From Lophium mytilinum (Eukaryota): 64,000 nt of DNA. This document shows, one piece after another, positions 48,629 through 62,139 of the stretch (positions are counted from its first letter, which is position 1; each line of letters opens with the position of its first letter). The DNA lies in the NCBI GenBank assembly GCA_010093605.1, contig MU004183.1, positions 124,001 through 188,000 of the forward strand. The letters are read 5' to 3'. The notes under the pieces are model-generated. The model ran no database searches. It saw only the letters and a program-made list of their open reading frames with translations, and had not been told where the DNA came from. The position numbers were made by a program, and so were the translations under genes.

Positions 48629-51066
48629 ATGAGCCTTTGGAAAAAGCTTCTCCATCGCCGCATTATCAAAAAGAACACCACCTCAAACACCCCTCTGCCT
48701 GGATCCGACGCCGGTGCCGCCCACATATGCAAAGGCTGCCGCCAAATCGACTTCCAGGAAGTCTTCGATTTGAGCGCAGCTGAGCTTCGTGATGCGGCTG
48801 ATGCCGGTATACTCATTGCCCGGATCCCAAGGCGGAGACTAGCAGCTCCGAAAGTTGAAAGGACAGACTGTGCTATGTGCAGGACTTTTCATCAATCTCG
48901 ACGGACATGGCGGGATGAAAACAATTTTTTTAAGGCTTGGCGCCAGGGGCGCTTCTACGAGCTCCGGGTTTATTCGCTGCTGCAGGTGCACACAAACCTA
49001 CATGATATTATTGTCCCACGAATGGTGATCCCCAGAGACTGCCCTGTCATGGCTGTTAGGCTGCCCGGGGACCTTCCCGTGTCTCACTTTAACGCGATCT
49101 CATACCTGTTTTGCCAAAAGGGAGCACAGGAGAGTGGGCAGATGGCCATTTTCCAGCCGTTAAAATGCCAAGCGGACCTCTCCGTTATTGGGGAATGGCT
49201 TAATTATTGCGCGTCAAACCACGCAAACATTTGTTGCAGTATTGAGAGGCAGGTCGAGGGACTGAAAGTCATAGATTGCGTCAGCCGAACAGTCGTGACT
49301 GCACCGGCTGAGTGCCACTATGCGGCGCTCAGCTACGTGTGGGGTAATGTCAAGATGCCCGTACTGTTAGAAGGGGTGGGCCTCCCCCGGGAATTGCCTA
49401 GGACTATTGCAGATGCTGTTGCCGTTTGCAGATTTCTTGGGTTCTATCTCTGGGTAGATTCGTTATGTATTGATCAAGGCAATTCAACAGAAGTTCACGA
49501 TCAGGTGGAGAAAATGGGCAACATATACCAAGGCGCATCATTCACAATAATCAGTACCGCGGGGAAGGATGCTGACGCCGGGCTGCCGGGTGTGAACAAC
49601 ACGGAGAGGACAGCTGTGCCAGGAGCGATGGTTAGAGACGTCCATGTCTTCTCCACTGGACACAATCAACGTATGTGATCTCCAGTACATCTCCTACACT
49701 TCTCAATCACAGATCGGTATAAATATTTGCGCCTGTCTGCGACCGCTGGAAGAGCCTCAAGACAGTTTCAGCAGTCTGAACCCAAGTAGCTTTATCAGTT
49801 TGAAACTGGTTTGAAAGATTTAAGTCAGTAACAGCCAAAAGTACACCAATACAGGCTTAAAATGATACATCGTATCATAGAGAGCATGAATGGCGGCACT
49901 AGATTTTGTTTTTAGAATTCTTATCTGCGAGCATCTAGTAATCTGTACTGATTACTGACACCCTCACAGGTCATGAAATCGAAAACTCCATCTGGAGGCA
50001 ACGCGGTTGGACATTCCAGGAGGAGATCTTCTCGCGCCGACGCGTTATCTTCACAAAAGAAAAAATATTTTTCGAATGCCACGGAATGCGTTCGCACGAG
50101 TGTTTGCGATTCGGTCCTGATCTCATCCCCACAGACTCCATAGGGGGAAGAGTTCTTAAAGATAGCAGGCTCGACGCGCCCGGCATCGATTGTGCGTGGG
50201 ATAGCCTGCAGAACTACTTGAAATATGTTGAGGATTATTCGGGGCGGCATCTCACTTTTGATGCTGATGCGCTTCGAGCGTTTGCAGGCGTCATGAACCA
50301 TTTCGCGGCTGCTCGGTACCCCATATCTCAAGTGTGGGGGATGCCTTTCTTAAAATCGTGCGAAGCTGGAGATGTGCTACATGCGTTCCTGGCGGGCTTT
50401 GCTTGGTACCACCCAGAGCCGGGATTCTATAACCCATATAACGACCCCACCTTTCGACGAGCAGACATTCCATCCTGGACATGGGCTGGATGGAAAGGTG
50501 GAAGGCAACACTGGAGATCAACGTCTGCATCGAAGAAAGATCTTGAGTTTGCTACTTCGAAACTGTGGTTTGAACATGAAGCGCACCGTTTAGAGACACA
50601 CCAGTCCTTCTTTGCGAGGGCATCTTCAACGCCAGCAGACATTCAGTATCCCAAAGCAGTAGTCCTTGAATGCTCAGTCGTTTACCCTGAAAGCGTCGTC
50701 AAATCGGGAGAGTTTGAATATAACATCAACGATCTCTATTACGCAAGTTTCTATTTGTCAAAGAGAGGAATTCTTGATCAGCTCCCTATCCTTTTCAAAA
50801 GGAAGCAGTTATACCTCCTGATTATTTGCTGTGAATATGAACCAGACCATATGGATGGGAAGGCATATGGTTTTGTTGGTTCGAAACTCCCGAAACTAAA
50901 TTCCCATTTCTATATGTGGGTCCTTGCCTATATGATGGTCGTTGAGAAGGTTGGGGATTCGGTTTCTCGTGTTGGTTTGATGGTGTGTTCGTGGTATGGG
51001 GCAAGGGACTTTGCCTCATTTCAAAAGAAGATAGGAGCAGTACGAGAGAAAGTCAGACTTATCTAG
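48629..51066 (+). CDS. HET-domain (heterokaryon incompatibility, TOL/HET-6-like) protein; intron 49671-49969
   Basis: YAALSYVWG, LPRTIADA, YLWVDSLCIDQ, MGNIYQGA, then after a phase-1 GTATGT...CTGAC...CAG intron, WRQRGWTFQEEIFSRRRVIFT...YSGRHLTFDADALRAFAGV...IPSWTWAGW. Confidence 0.9.
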
Positions 51067-51959
51067 CACCACAAATGGCTCTCATTCCTTTCTACGTAAG
51101 CTATCTTATTCTTCAGGGTCGCTTCAACACACACTTCGCAATATCCCAATGGAGTTAACCCTGTCTAATTGAATAGTCGACAAAGCCTCCCGGCCACCTC
51201 GGACAGTAGTGGCTAAACCTATTCAGTTCAATGACGAGGCGCTACTCGAAGTTTTGGCAAATGTGAGGAGCTAGAGGTCTTCGGCCGAAATAGGCAGTCG
51301 TGGTGCTCCCGGTTTGATGGTTTGGCAATGAAGGTTCACGGGGAACTTTGTCGTGATAGTCTTTCCTTTCTCCTGTTGTTGCGTTATGATATGTTAGGAC
51401 GTGTTCAAAAGTCTGACCGAGATGGATTATGCTCCATTCGACAAGCCGGAGAATTGCGAGGCCAGCAGTATTTGATAGGAACATATCATCTGCATTTACC
51501 TCTTCTTCGATTACGAAAGAAACGTCTGCGCGTTGTATCAACCACATATTCCAATACCTAAGTAGCACTCCATTTCTTTTTCCCCATTCCTTACGGCAGA
51601 TAACCCGATCCGCCACACATCCCACACACCCCCAAACGGTTGTGATCGCATCCCCCAAGCGTGGAAACTGGATCTAGAGCACCCTGCGCGCAGTAGCAGC
51701 TTAAGAATCGGCCACGACGTCACGAGGCTGATGAAAAGTGTACTTTGTCTCTCCATCTTTCTCCCTCTTCCTTGCACTCACTTATGCAAGTACGAGTAAC
51801 TCGATTCACTTTCTGGTTTCACCAAGCGCGCTTCTACTGATAAGCGCTAGGACGTATTACTAAATTTTCTGGTTGAAAGGCCTCCACTTCGGCAGAGTTT
51901 AGTCAGGGTAACGACAGAACTGCATCCCTGAAAGTAAAAATTATCGTTATAAAGTGGAA

Positions 51960-52285
51960 TACGACGTAATGTTCTTCACATTCTGTTCAAACAATTCTTG
52001 ATGCGTTAAGGCACTTCAGACGCCAGCAGCGTGTTGGCAATCAATGGAGTAGTGGAGTGTATTTTGGACCTCTTGGCCAAACTATGCTCGAATCTATTAA
52101 CTTTCATAAAGTCTAAAATGCACATCAACGAACTTCATCCTACTAGATATTCTCAGATGTACTAGGACGCCTTAGACGGCGGCAGCGTCTTGTCAAACGA
52201 TAGATTAGTAGGCTGCAGTTTAGACCGTCAGACCTAGCAAACCTAGAATTTGTCAATTTTCACTAGTTACTGAATTGCAGTCTTG
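51960..52285. repeat. Second locus of repeat family C (2 units)
   Basis: AAGGCACTTCAGACGCCAGCAGCGTGTTGGCAA..ATGGAG..GTGGAGTGT..TTTGGACCTC matches 44039-44103. ATTAGTAGG..CAGTTTAGACC.TCAGACCTAGC matches 44249-44283. Confidence 0.85.
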
Positions 52286-52691
52286 TTTGGATGAGATGAC
52301 CGTACTCATTAACTTCAAACCTATAACTTGGGAGGTTCGAAATAACATTGTGATGCATGCGGGGTTACTGGTTCGAAGATGCACGGGCAATCTCTCCAGA
52401 AAATTAGGCGGGGCGTTGGTATCGATTAGACTGGAAGTTTTGCCTTACAGCACGGTCTTGTCTTGAGAAGCGATTCATCTGGACGACTGGACACTGATAG
52501 CGATTAGACTGTGTGAGATTTTGCCAGGATGGAAAGCGGGAGGTAGAAACCACATGTGCGTTGAAGAAGCGTGATATTATGGCGTTTGTTATTGAAGATT
52601 GATGAACCGTAAGACATTACATTAGGGTGTTTGAACTACGTATCTACTACTGGAGGTGACTGGGGAAAAAGTAAAAGACACTCTAGTACAT

Positions 52692-54098
52692 CTACAAAGT
52701 GGTCGTCCCAGCAACACAACCCGGCGTTACAGCCGCGATCGTGAAGTCATCAATAACAAAATAGTTCCAACCAACCGCCGTGTTCTTAATCACAAGCTGC
52801 GCCGTGGTGCTCGTGGCCGTGAACACCAGGCTGCCTGCGTAGTAGCCTCCGTTTGGTGGGTTCTCCATCGTGAAGAGGTCGTTGCCGTCGACATTAATAA
52901 CGATTTTCCCGTTTGCGAGCGTTGCAGTGTAGAATGAGAGTTTGTAGACGAAGCCCGCCTTGAGCTGCTGGATGGTGGTTCCAACCGTGGCGCTGTCGCC
53001 TGGGTTGCTGGTTTCGATTTGTAAGCCGTACTCGCCGTGGGCAGCATTCCTCCAGTGAAACTCGACGTCTGGAACCGGGTTGGTGCCAGTTGTGCTCAGC
53101 AGTTGCCAGTCTAGAGGCCCGGCAGGGACGGTCTCGAAATCCCCATTCTGTATGTATCCGCAAGTTCCAACTACCGAGGTTGGGGTTGGAGTTGAGGTCG
53201 CTAAAGGCGTGGTAGAGGTCGTTGAGCTGAGCGTGGCCGAGGATGCCGTGGTGGATGGTGCAGAAGAGGTGGTGGTGCTTGGTGAAGCGGTCCCAATGCG
53301 TAGAGCTCCCCACACTCCAGAGTCGATCCGTACGGCCTGCGCGTAGCTGCTCTTCATGTAGCATGGGCCGGGGGTTCCTGGGCGGTATGAGACATCAACA
53401 CAACCTGTGGTGGCATCGCAGGCCTATAGGGGAGTATTAGTTTGGGATACAAAGGATATACTATCTTAAATTGTGGGCTACTCGCCTCGATGCAGCTTTG
53501 AAGGTCAGACACCCAGGTCAGTGCGAGATCTTCACCGTACCGATCCGCAGAGCATTCAATCCTGTATATGGCGCCATCCTTGGCGGTGTAGGTCGTTCCG
53601 TCAGACGCGGGACAAGCAACAACTGCAGAGGTAGGAGTCGGCGAAGCCGTGCTGGTAGAAGTTGACGAGGGAGCTCCTGAAGAAGAGCTGGTAATGACCT
53701 TCTTGGCAGCCCAGACGTTGGCGTTCGTCTGGGGACCGTTGTCCACATTCTTCATGTAGCAGGCTTGGCCGCTGTATGAGACAATGATACATCCTGTTGT
53801 GCTTTCGCAAGTAGTGATGCAGTTCTCTAGGCTGGTTTCCCAGGTCATAGAGAGGTCGCCGCCATCTTGGGTTCACAGTCAGAGGAGTTATTTTGTTCGA
53901 AGCAGTTGACTTACAGTAGTCGGTACCGCAATGAATGTTGAAGGAATCGGGGCCGACGGTGAAAATTTTGCCATCTGAAGCAGGACAGGCAAGAGGCGTC
54001 GGCGTGGGCGTGCTTGCCGGAGAAATTGGGAATGCTGAAACGAGCTTAGGTGTGATGGCTAGAAGCGCAGCGATTTGCGCGAAGAAAAGTCGAGACAT
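52692..54098 (-). CDS. Secreted protein with two PAN/Apple-like Cys modules, Ser/Thr linkers and a C-terminal CBM-like (NGDFE) beta-sandwich
   Basis: Signal peptide MSRLFFAQIAALLAITPKLVSA, two CPASDG..C..D.....C...C....GC..VSY....CYMK...VW.A modules, then CGYIQNGDFET...FVIDDFTI. Two introns. Confidence 0.75.
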
Positions 54099-55960
54099 GA
54101 TTGATGAGTGAATGAATGAATGAACAGATAACTAAAGATTGACGGCTCTGAAATAAAACTACACGGTATCGTAAAGAATGTGGATGTCTAAAGGACAACG
54201 AGTGAGATGAAAATGCGAATACTTGCAAGGGGTGCGAACGATCTAAATAGGTTCTCACTATCGGACAACTGTATTAGTTCTACCTGTTCGACTACCTAGG
54301 GACGGCCTAGGGACATGCCTCGGGCGGATCCGAGGCGTTTCTAGCTTGTTAAACCGCGCGAGGCTGGCTGAAATAGTACGCGAAGTTGGACATCGTCGTC
54401 TCTAAAATGACTTGCATCCGTCTGAAGAAGCTTTTTCGAGTATCTAGCTCCCATGTGGCTTGAGCCAGGCCTCCGCGCGGACGGTAACTCAATTTTTCGC
54501 GTCCTTCAGGTATCTTCTAGAGCGTGGCGTTTCCTAAATCGGCATTGTAAGAGTGCGTGCCTGCATCGATAGTTGTAGGTCGCACGCCACGTGCCAAACG
54601 CCGTAGCTGGAGCGGCTGGATGGAGCGCCTCAGACCTTGTGGTGGAGGAATATAAGTGGTGAGTGGAGGGGCTGAAGACAGGAGGTGGATTATCTATCTG
54701 ACTGTGCTGGTGGCGTTAGTGCTAGTGAGATTTGGGAGATATTACTAACCCTTGTAGAACTAACGTGGCACGCGTGGGTAGTCTGCGGGCATCTGGGCCA
54801 CCCCATGAGATTACCGGCGGCAACTTTCTGAACAACTCATGCAAATACACTATTACATGTGTATACGACAGATGTTGGCAAAGATAACTTTCCAGAAACA
54901 GCGATGTCGACGCAAGCAAAGAAAAAGGGGCTTCCCGCCTGTCTTCCAAGAGTGAAGCTTGATGCCAAGGCCTTCAACGTCAACTCCATTCGACGCACCC
55001 CTTCATCTCCAAACACTCGACCTTGGATCCAATCGCGTTGCCCCAGGACTGACTAACCTACTCTGACAATCTTTGCTCTGCTTTTTACCAGAACTGAGAT
55101 GTCCGCTATGATCTAAGAATATGCCAGCATGTCTGCAGATTTGCGGCGTCTCGGCGCGTAGAACTAGATCTGTGCCTCCCCCTCTCATCAACACTCAACA
55201 CCACATCGCCTGCACAATGGAGGGGTCCTAGCCTAGCCGAGTATGTTTTCGACCCTTGCAAGTTCCTGCTCCGCCGCCATGCCAACATGTGGCACATACG
55301 AGCGGCTAAGTAGGCTTTCTAGCCTCCGGAATACCTATGCGGGGCCAAAGAGTGTAATCTCCCGACTGGACACTCGTCACTGGGCACTAACAACGGCCCT
55401 AGCCCCAGATTTATCTCAAGATAGCCGCCTTCGCAGAGATGCGCCTCTTTCTATATTTCGCTCGGGTATGGCAGTCCCAATCAAGATGGCATGGCACTAT
55501 GAGCCTTCATCTGAGTCGCTCCCTTAACGAAAGTTCTACAGGAGATCGATCCACCATTGTTTCGTGTGCCTCAAAGATGGGGTCGAAACACTCTTCTCGT
55601 TTCTCTCCGCAGTTTGTCAAAACCATGTGCCGCACTATAGCATCGTCTTCGAATGCACCTCGTCGCAACCTGCACACGATCGTTTTGAATCTCTTACATC
55701 ATGGGTGAATCTAGGCTCCGCAGAATGCTGCGCCATTTTCCAACCCCGTGGTGGAGGGCAATGCCGTGGCATATATAAACGTAATATCGTCTTGCTTGTC
55801 TCTCTATCCATCGCCCCACTTTCATTCGTTCCAGTGCCCTTGTTGTTCTCCCTCGCTTTGCGATACTATCATTGCCTTTCGTTGGGACATTGTTGGTTCC
55901 CAGATCTCTGGCTCAATCAGAATCATACTGGTTTCATAGGGTTGGCTTCCATGCAGCGAC

Positions 55961-58900
55961 ATGCGAGGCCAAATCGTACGGTCCTGGACCAAATTTATCC
56001 TGGTAACCTCGTAGCCAATCATACACTGTGTACAGTCGCTGATGATAGCAGGCTGAATGTCTTTTGGTAGCTTTTGTTCTTGCGTTTTGCTTCTTTGGCA
56101 TCACTCCGGTAGATCATCCTTATATCAGCAAGCTCCCGTTTTCCTTGAGCTTATTTCGCCCTCAAACATCACGTCCAGCAATATCATCGCCATTTCCGAG
56201 GTTCTACGTATCCTTACCTCATGAAGGAGTCGTTTGGAGACGAGGAGGTCAGACTGTTGGTTCAGATAGTCCCTCTGGGGGCCCTTCTAGCCTAATCAAC
56301 CCTACCGCTTCCGGATCATCTATCATCGCCATCTTCCACTCTCAAGGAACATCGGCGTTCAGTAAAGTCACGTCTCAAACTTCAGAAAACACTGCCAGTG
56401 CTTCACCAGCGATCAATTCCACTTCAGAATCTTCAGCCAATCAGATCCCAAGCGGCTTCATTAGCTCTGGCGCTAATATTCCACCGCCCTCTACCGTACA
56501 AGTCACCGCGACTGTCATTTCCGTTCAGACTTCGACCATCCAAGTCACGCCCTTACCACAAGGACCTGATATTATTGTTGGATCTAATATCTATCCTTTC
56601 GATACCATCACCAGAACCATCACCCAGTCGACCGGTGGAAACATCATAATCGGCCCCACAGAAGTGGTGTGCGGCACAGTCACGATACCTCTCGAAGCTA
56701 CAGGAACGGTACCACAAGCTCTATCTTGTCAAGGCGCAATGGTGACTGCCAGTCCCAGTCCCAACTACGGGAACTTCTCCGCCCTTGCTAACGAAGTAAA
56801 CGTCATGATGGATAACGATGAATTTGTGCTTCTTCCATTCCCGTTCACGATACCGCGCATCCTTCCGTCTGCGAGTACAGTCCAACAGGTCCGCATGTCA
56901 CCTTCCGGTGTGATCATAGCTGGAGCAAACATGCCTATCCCGTCAACCCTCAAAGGCCAGACCGACCTTGGCGGCGGTATCGCGGCTAAGCCAGGAGGAC
57001 CAGAGAAAAGGAAGAAACCAGGCTCTAGTTGCAAAGGGCTTTTCGGGGCTATCGGATGCTTGGTCAATACTGCGAAAGACACCGTTGAAGGGGCTGAAGG
57101 TATTGTGAAGGATACGGAACCTTTTGTGAAAGGCACTGTGGATACCGTCGACCATGCTGCCATCACCAACAAGCTAAACTTGCTTGATGGAAGTAAGTCT
57201 CCCTCATTTCTATCACATTCTCATGCCTCGAGTCCGTGTATACTGCTTTACCACTCCTTGGCATGCTTCCACGGATCACACTGCATTGGGAACCCATTGC
57301 TTTCCATATGTCGTAAAATCATCGACCCACCTCGCGTCGCTATCGACTAGGGTACGCGGAATGGTGAGCAGCTTGTCGCTCTAGATCATTACCGACCCGT
57401 GCAAGCACCCCAAAGAGTGGTAGAAGCGTGTACACAGACCTGCGGTGACAAGTCATGAGTACGTGCACAACGGTTCGTCACTGCTTGGGTACCACTACAA
57501 GATTTCAAAGATTCAAGGGCGCTGTCAAGTTTCAAGCAGTGCGAAATAGGCTGCCTCTTGGCTAATTGGCTAGTCAGCGGCCAGGCTACCCCCTACAGTG
57601 GTGTCGAGTGAGCAGCATTTGCGCCAAGCAGTGACAAGTCCGTGTGCCCAGACTTTTGGTTTACGGTGTCTCATACTGAGCTATACTTTGCTGACCGATA
57701 TAAGCTGCACAAGATTTCGCCCACACCGTAAACGCTCTCACTGATGAATTTCCTTCCGACTTTGGCAATGACCTAAAGTCCTTAGACGGCAAATTCAAGA
57801 ACGGCCCACCGGACGTTGGATCGCTCCTCAAGAACGCTTGGCTCGAAGCACGGCATCTTAGCAACGTTGTCAATGCCGCTAAGAACCTGCTGGACGGACT
57901 CAAGAAAGGCGGCCCTCCTGAACTCACTAAAGACGTCGCAAAACAATTGAGAGACCTCCTGGATCCCAGTGTAGCAAACCCAAAGGGTGGTCTTGGTCTC
58001 AAGATTCCAGATCTTTCTGCGCTCTCGGAACTAGAGCCGGTGGACGATTTGGCAACCCCAACGGCGTCCAATCCCCAGTCCTCGTTAGCAACCAGCGTTC
58101 CGTCGACAACTTTTTCGACTGGGGCAGGGACCTTCACGTCTCTACAAGCTTCCACTGCACAGCAATCTTCCCTATTGTCGTCGGGAAGTACGCAGCAAAC
58201 GACGACTAGATCGACAACAACTACCTCGTCGAGTTCGACCTCATCGTCCTCTCAGTCAGCCTCAGCTACGTCGCAAAGTTACTTCATAATTGCCAAGTCT
58301 GGTACCGCATACGACGATTTCAAGAAGTTTGCGTCAGAACTAGACGACACCGCGGGATATTTTCCGCCCCGAGAGATTACTTACTGGCCATACTATTCAA
58401 CCACGCTGACCATTGAAAAGGCTTCAGAACTCAACAATACTGAGGTGTACCCCTTGGTGGACAAGGTTTTCGTCGACAAACCTGGAAGCGGCAATGGAGA
58501 CAGGCAACTAACTGCTGTGATCCCGAACAGAGGGAGGAATGAGCCTAGAGCTCCTCCGACCAATCAAGACGCATACCCGGCCAACCCTAGTCTGTCTGAA
58601 AGGCAATGGATACTTCCGGATCGCAACATCAATCACCTCAACATGATATCACAGCAAAGCCCAGGCCCTGTTCCTGGCGCGTATATCTTTGATCCTTCGC
58701 TGGGCAAGGGTACTACCATATATATCATTGACAGTGGCTATTCCCAGGGTGATGCAACAGATGTAAGATATCAATCTAATACATTGGACAGTTTATATGG
58801 AACAGCGTGATCTAATATTTGCAGGAATTCGCGCTTGACGATAGCGATATCCATGGCCGAGAACCTATCAGGAAGTACGTTGTTCCAAATCATCTCACCT

Positions 58901-61630
58901 TACAAGGGATTCCGTCCAATCTACACGCCCCCGAAGATATGGAAGATTACGGAGGGTTTGATGGAGTTTTTTACAAAGGCCATGGAACCCGTGTTGGAAG
59001 TGTGGCTGGTGGTCTCTCTGCCGGAGTAGCGTCGCAAGCAGAGCTAGTCTTCGTCAAAACGATAAACGCGATCAAGAATCCGGATCCAACGTCCCGGAAT
59101 CAATTTATACTCCAGGAGTTGAAAGGCCAAGCACTGTTTCATGCATTCAATTGGGCTATCATGGACGTTATGGCGAAAGGTAGACAGGGGAAGGCTGTCA
59201 TAAATCTGAGCATGTGTAAGGTGCCCTACTCGAACTCACAAGGCTTGATCTGAAATACCAAATAGCTGTTACGCCGCTTGACGTATATTTCGACGAAATC
59301 GACTACGTGATGGGGAAGGCGCTTGAGTCGTGCAATCTCAACGACATCGCACTGGTGGTTGGCGCAGGTAACGATGGAAACCCTTCGGCTGGAGACATGG
59401 ACGAATTCTTCCCGCTTCACCGGAATGCAGTAACGCTGCATGGCACTTCGGATAACAATCTGATCACAGTGGGAGGGGTCGAGGAAGATGGCACTCTTGC
59501 AATCTCCACCTCGCCACAGATACCTAACGCCGGTGGTTCCATGACTTTGTATGCACCATACCGGGCGACTTGCGCTACGCGTCTCAAGAGCATCCCTGGC
59601 AGCGCCTTTGCGGGCGTGGGAGGGACCAGTTTCTCCGCGGGTCAAGTAGTAGGTGTCTCTTTCAGTCATCATTTACTTCATGCGGTTCTAATTTCATGCA
59701 GTCCGGACTAGCGGCATACTTTATGTCCTTAGATGCTGTTGCTGCGCAGCAACCGGGCGGCCGTTTCACTGCTACAGGTATCAAGCAGTATCTGGTCCGA
59801 CATTCACGTGCCCTCCATCCGTCAGGTCAGTCCATTACAGATAGTAACAAGCAGAAACTCGTGTACATGTCGAACCTTGTTCCCGGAAACCTAAACGCTG
59901 CCTACAATAGAGCGCCCGAGGGGTATGTGCTTCCAGAAGAACGTTGTTTGACCCATACTCACATTCACGCTAGTATATGTGCTATAAGGGCTCAAAAGCG
60001 AAGTGTTGGCGCGCAGGCGAACCTACGACGAGCAAATGCACCTCAAACATCGCAGTCAGACGTTCCTACAGCAACAATATCCGGACTCCCTTCTCTGAAT
60101 GCCACCGAGGTCTTGATCATGTCCAGTGGCCATTTTATAGGCACTGCCTTCGACTACGGCGATTTCGGACTTGCTTGCACGCCTACATCAGCGATACTTT
60201 CCTCCGTCCTGATATCGACTATGAGCTCCTCTCAAACCTCTTTGGGCTCCTTCACAAAATCTATTGTAACGTCATCTTCGTCGGTTTCTTCCGTACCGTC
60301 CTCCAATCTATCATCGGCTTTCAGCGCATTCCAGTCTTCCAAACAGTTCTCGGATCTTTTCACAACCTTACCAGTGTCCGCAGTAACGGCCTCCACATCT
60401 TCCAGTGCAGCAGAGACATCGAAATCTTCAACGACGGACGCTTCCTTTAGTGCATATCAGGAAACTTCCGATCTTTTCACTGGGTCGATGTCCTCAGCAT
60501 CTGCCGCGGGATCCTCTAGTGCAGCTCAGAAGACCTCTGATTTCTTCACGAGCTTATTGATATCATCATCTTCAATAGCCGCTGCGTACTCCAGTGCACT
60601 TCAAATATCCTCGGTCTTGACAACCTCAACTCCAACAGCCACTCCAACAGCAGCTCTAACGGCAGCTTCAAGTAATTTTTCGACTGCAGTTCTGCTTAGT
60701 GATCCAACGACATCACCGATTGCACCCTCGACATCTAGTCCAGCTCCAACTCCGACGGGCCAACCTCCTGAAGGGCCACTAGTGTGCAACGACAATACGA
60801 TGAGCACTTGCCAGGGAGGTTCCGTCCAACCAGACTACGTTGATCAAGCGGCTTCAGACATCTGCACCTCGCTGCAAAACACATGGATGTTTACTCACAG
60901 TGTACGGCAAAACTCTCCGGAAGCCTATGGGGGAGTCAGTTACGAGTTCTTCGTCGAGTGGGCTATGGGATGTGAGCTCGAAACCCAACACCAATTCAAT
61001 GCCGATCTGTCCGTTTGCAAGGATATGTTCAAGGCCACCGTATTCGACTGCAAAGACAATCAGGGTAGCGGTAAGTAAGAAGACCACTGCTTGTGGTTTA
61101 GATGACTGATTTGAATAGGTGGGAACCACACCGAGGGCTGCGTCCGCTTCGGATTCCAACCTTTCTGCATGGACCCGCCACCATCCCCCTCACCCACACC
61201 CACAACCTCGCCCGACAGCGCTCCGACTCCCCCTCCCGCACCACAGCCTACCGAAGGCGCCCTCATCTGCAACCCGACGCCATGGAAATGCACCGACGGC
61301 GACATCCAAGAGTCCTACATCGACAAAACCATCGCGTTGTGGAAGAAAGACATTGACAAGAAGCTTCAAGTGCTGAGTCCGGAGCCCAAGCACAGCCGTG
61401 CTTTCACCAGCTACACCGACGGCTACTCAAACGCAATGTATGTCTTCAACGCCAACTGGACCGACGGCTGCACGGCGGAGCCTAGCCATGATGTGTATGG
61501 CGGCGACTTTGAAGGCATCTTGAAGTCGCTGTGGAAGGACTGCACGGGGAACGGGGGCGCGGGTGGAACGCGGACGGAGGGGTGTGCATCGTACGGGTTT
61601 GAGCCGTATTGCGAAGGTTATTTTGACTGA
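55961..61630 (+). CDS. Large secreted subtilisin-like (S8) protease with Ser/Thr-rich regions and two C-terminal Cys-rich modules; multi-exon, start tentative
   Basis: Catalytic motifs IYIIDSG (Asp), KGHGTRVGS (His), VGAGNDG (oxyanion Asn) and GGTSFSAGQV/SGLAAYFMS (Ser). Hydrophobic N-terminus. Phase-consistent introns include a 512-nt intron at 57193-57704. Confidence 0.8.
57520..57670. repeat. Dispersed repeat family D copy inside the subtilase long intron
   Basis: TGCCTCTTGGCTAATTGGCT..CAGC..CCCCCTACAGTGGTGTCGAGTGAGC...CGTGTGCCCAGACTT matches 62389-62492. Confidence 0.8.
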
Positions 61631-62139
61631 GGGGTTATGATGCACTTTCAAGTCTACGGATTTAATATCCTTTGAAGATTGTGTTTTGCCGTGATGTCGT
61701 GGATTGGGAGGGTGGGAGTAGACTTCTGGGGTGTTGTCGAAGGCTGTGTGACGCCCCTGGGTGTATTAATTGGACGAGCATAGCATGTCAAGCTCTCCAA
61801 GCCGTAAATTGAGTCCTCGAATCTAACACGCTGCAAGCCAATTGATTTTCCACCGCGCGTCTAAATCGTGCGGCGGATTCAATGCTCCTGCTACTCTGGT
61901 AGCAGCCTTCTGGTGCCCCACGACTATGGAAAGGAGAGAAACACATCACGTCGAAAGCTCGGAGTCGTGGATTAGATAATCGTTCTCAGGTCTGGGGTTT
62001 CGGAGATGTGGTCATGTGGGGGTTTTGTATTTCGGAGATTATGGGAAAGAGGATAGTAGATATTAGGTTCATTCCTGGCGTACTTAGTCTAGTCTACTAA
62101 AAGCGTGAGGGTTATAAGTGACTAGCTATAATATCGAGT

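Noticed and set aside
49678..50086. HET gene appearing split or pseudogenised in the ORF track
   Set aside because: A canonical phase-1 intron at 49671-49969 joins both parts in frame.
51242..51658. 138-aa minus-strand ORF
   Set aside because: No recognisable motif or convincing gene structure, so I cannot support it as a gene.
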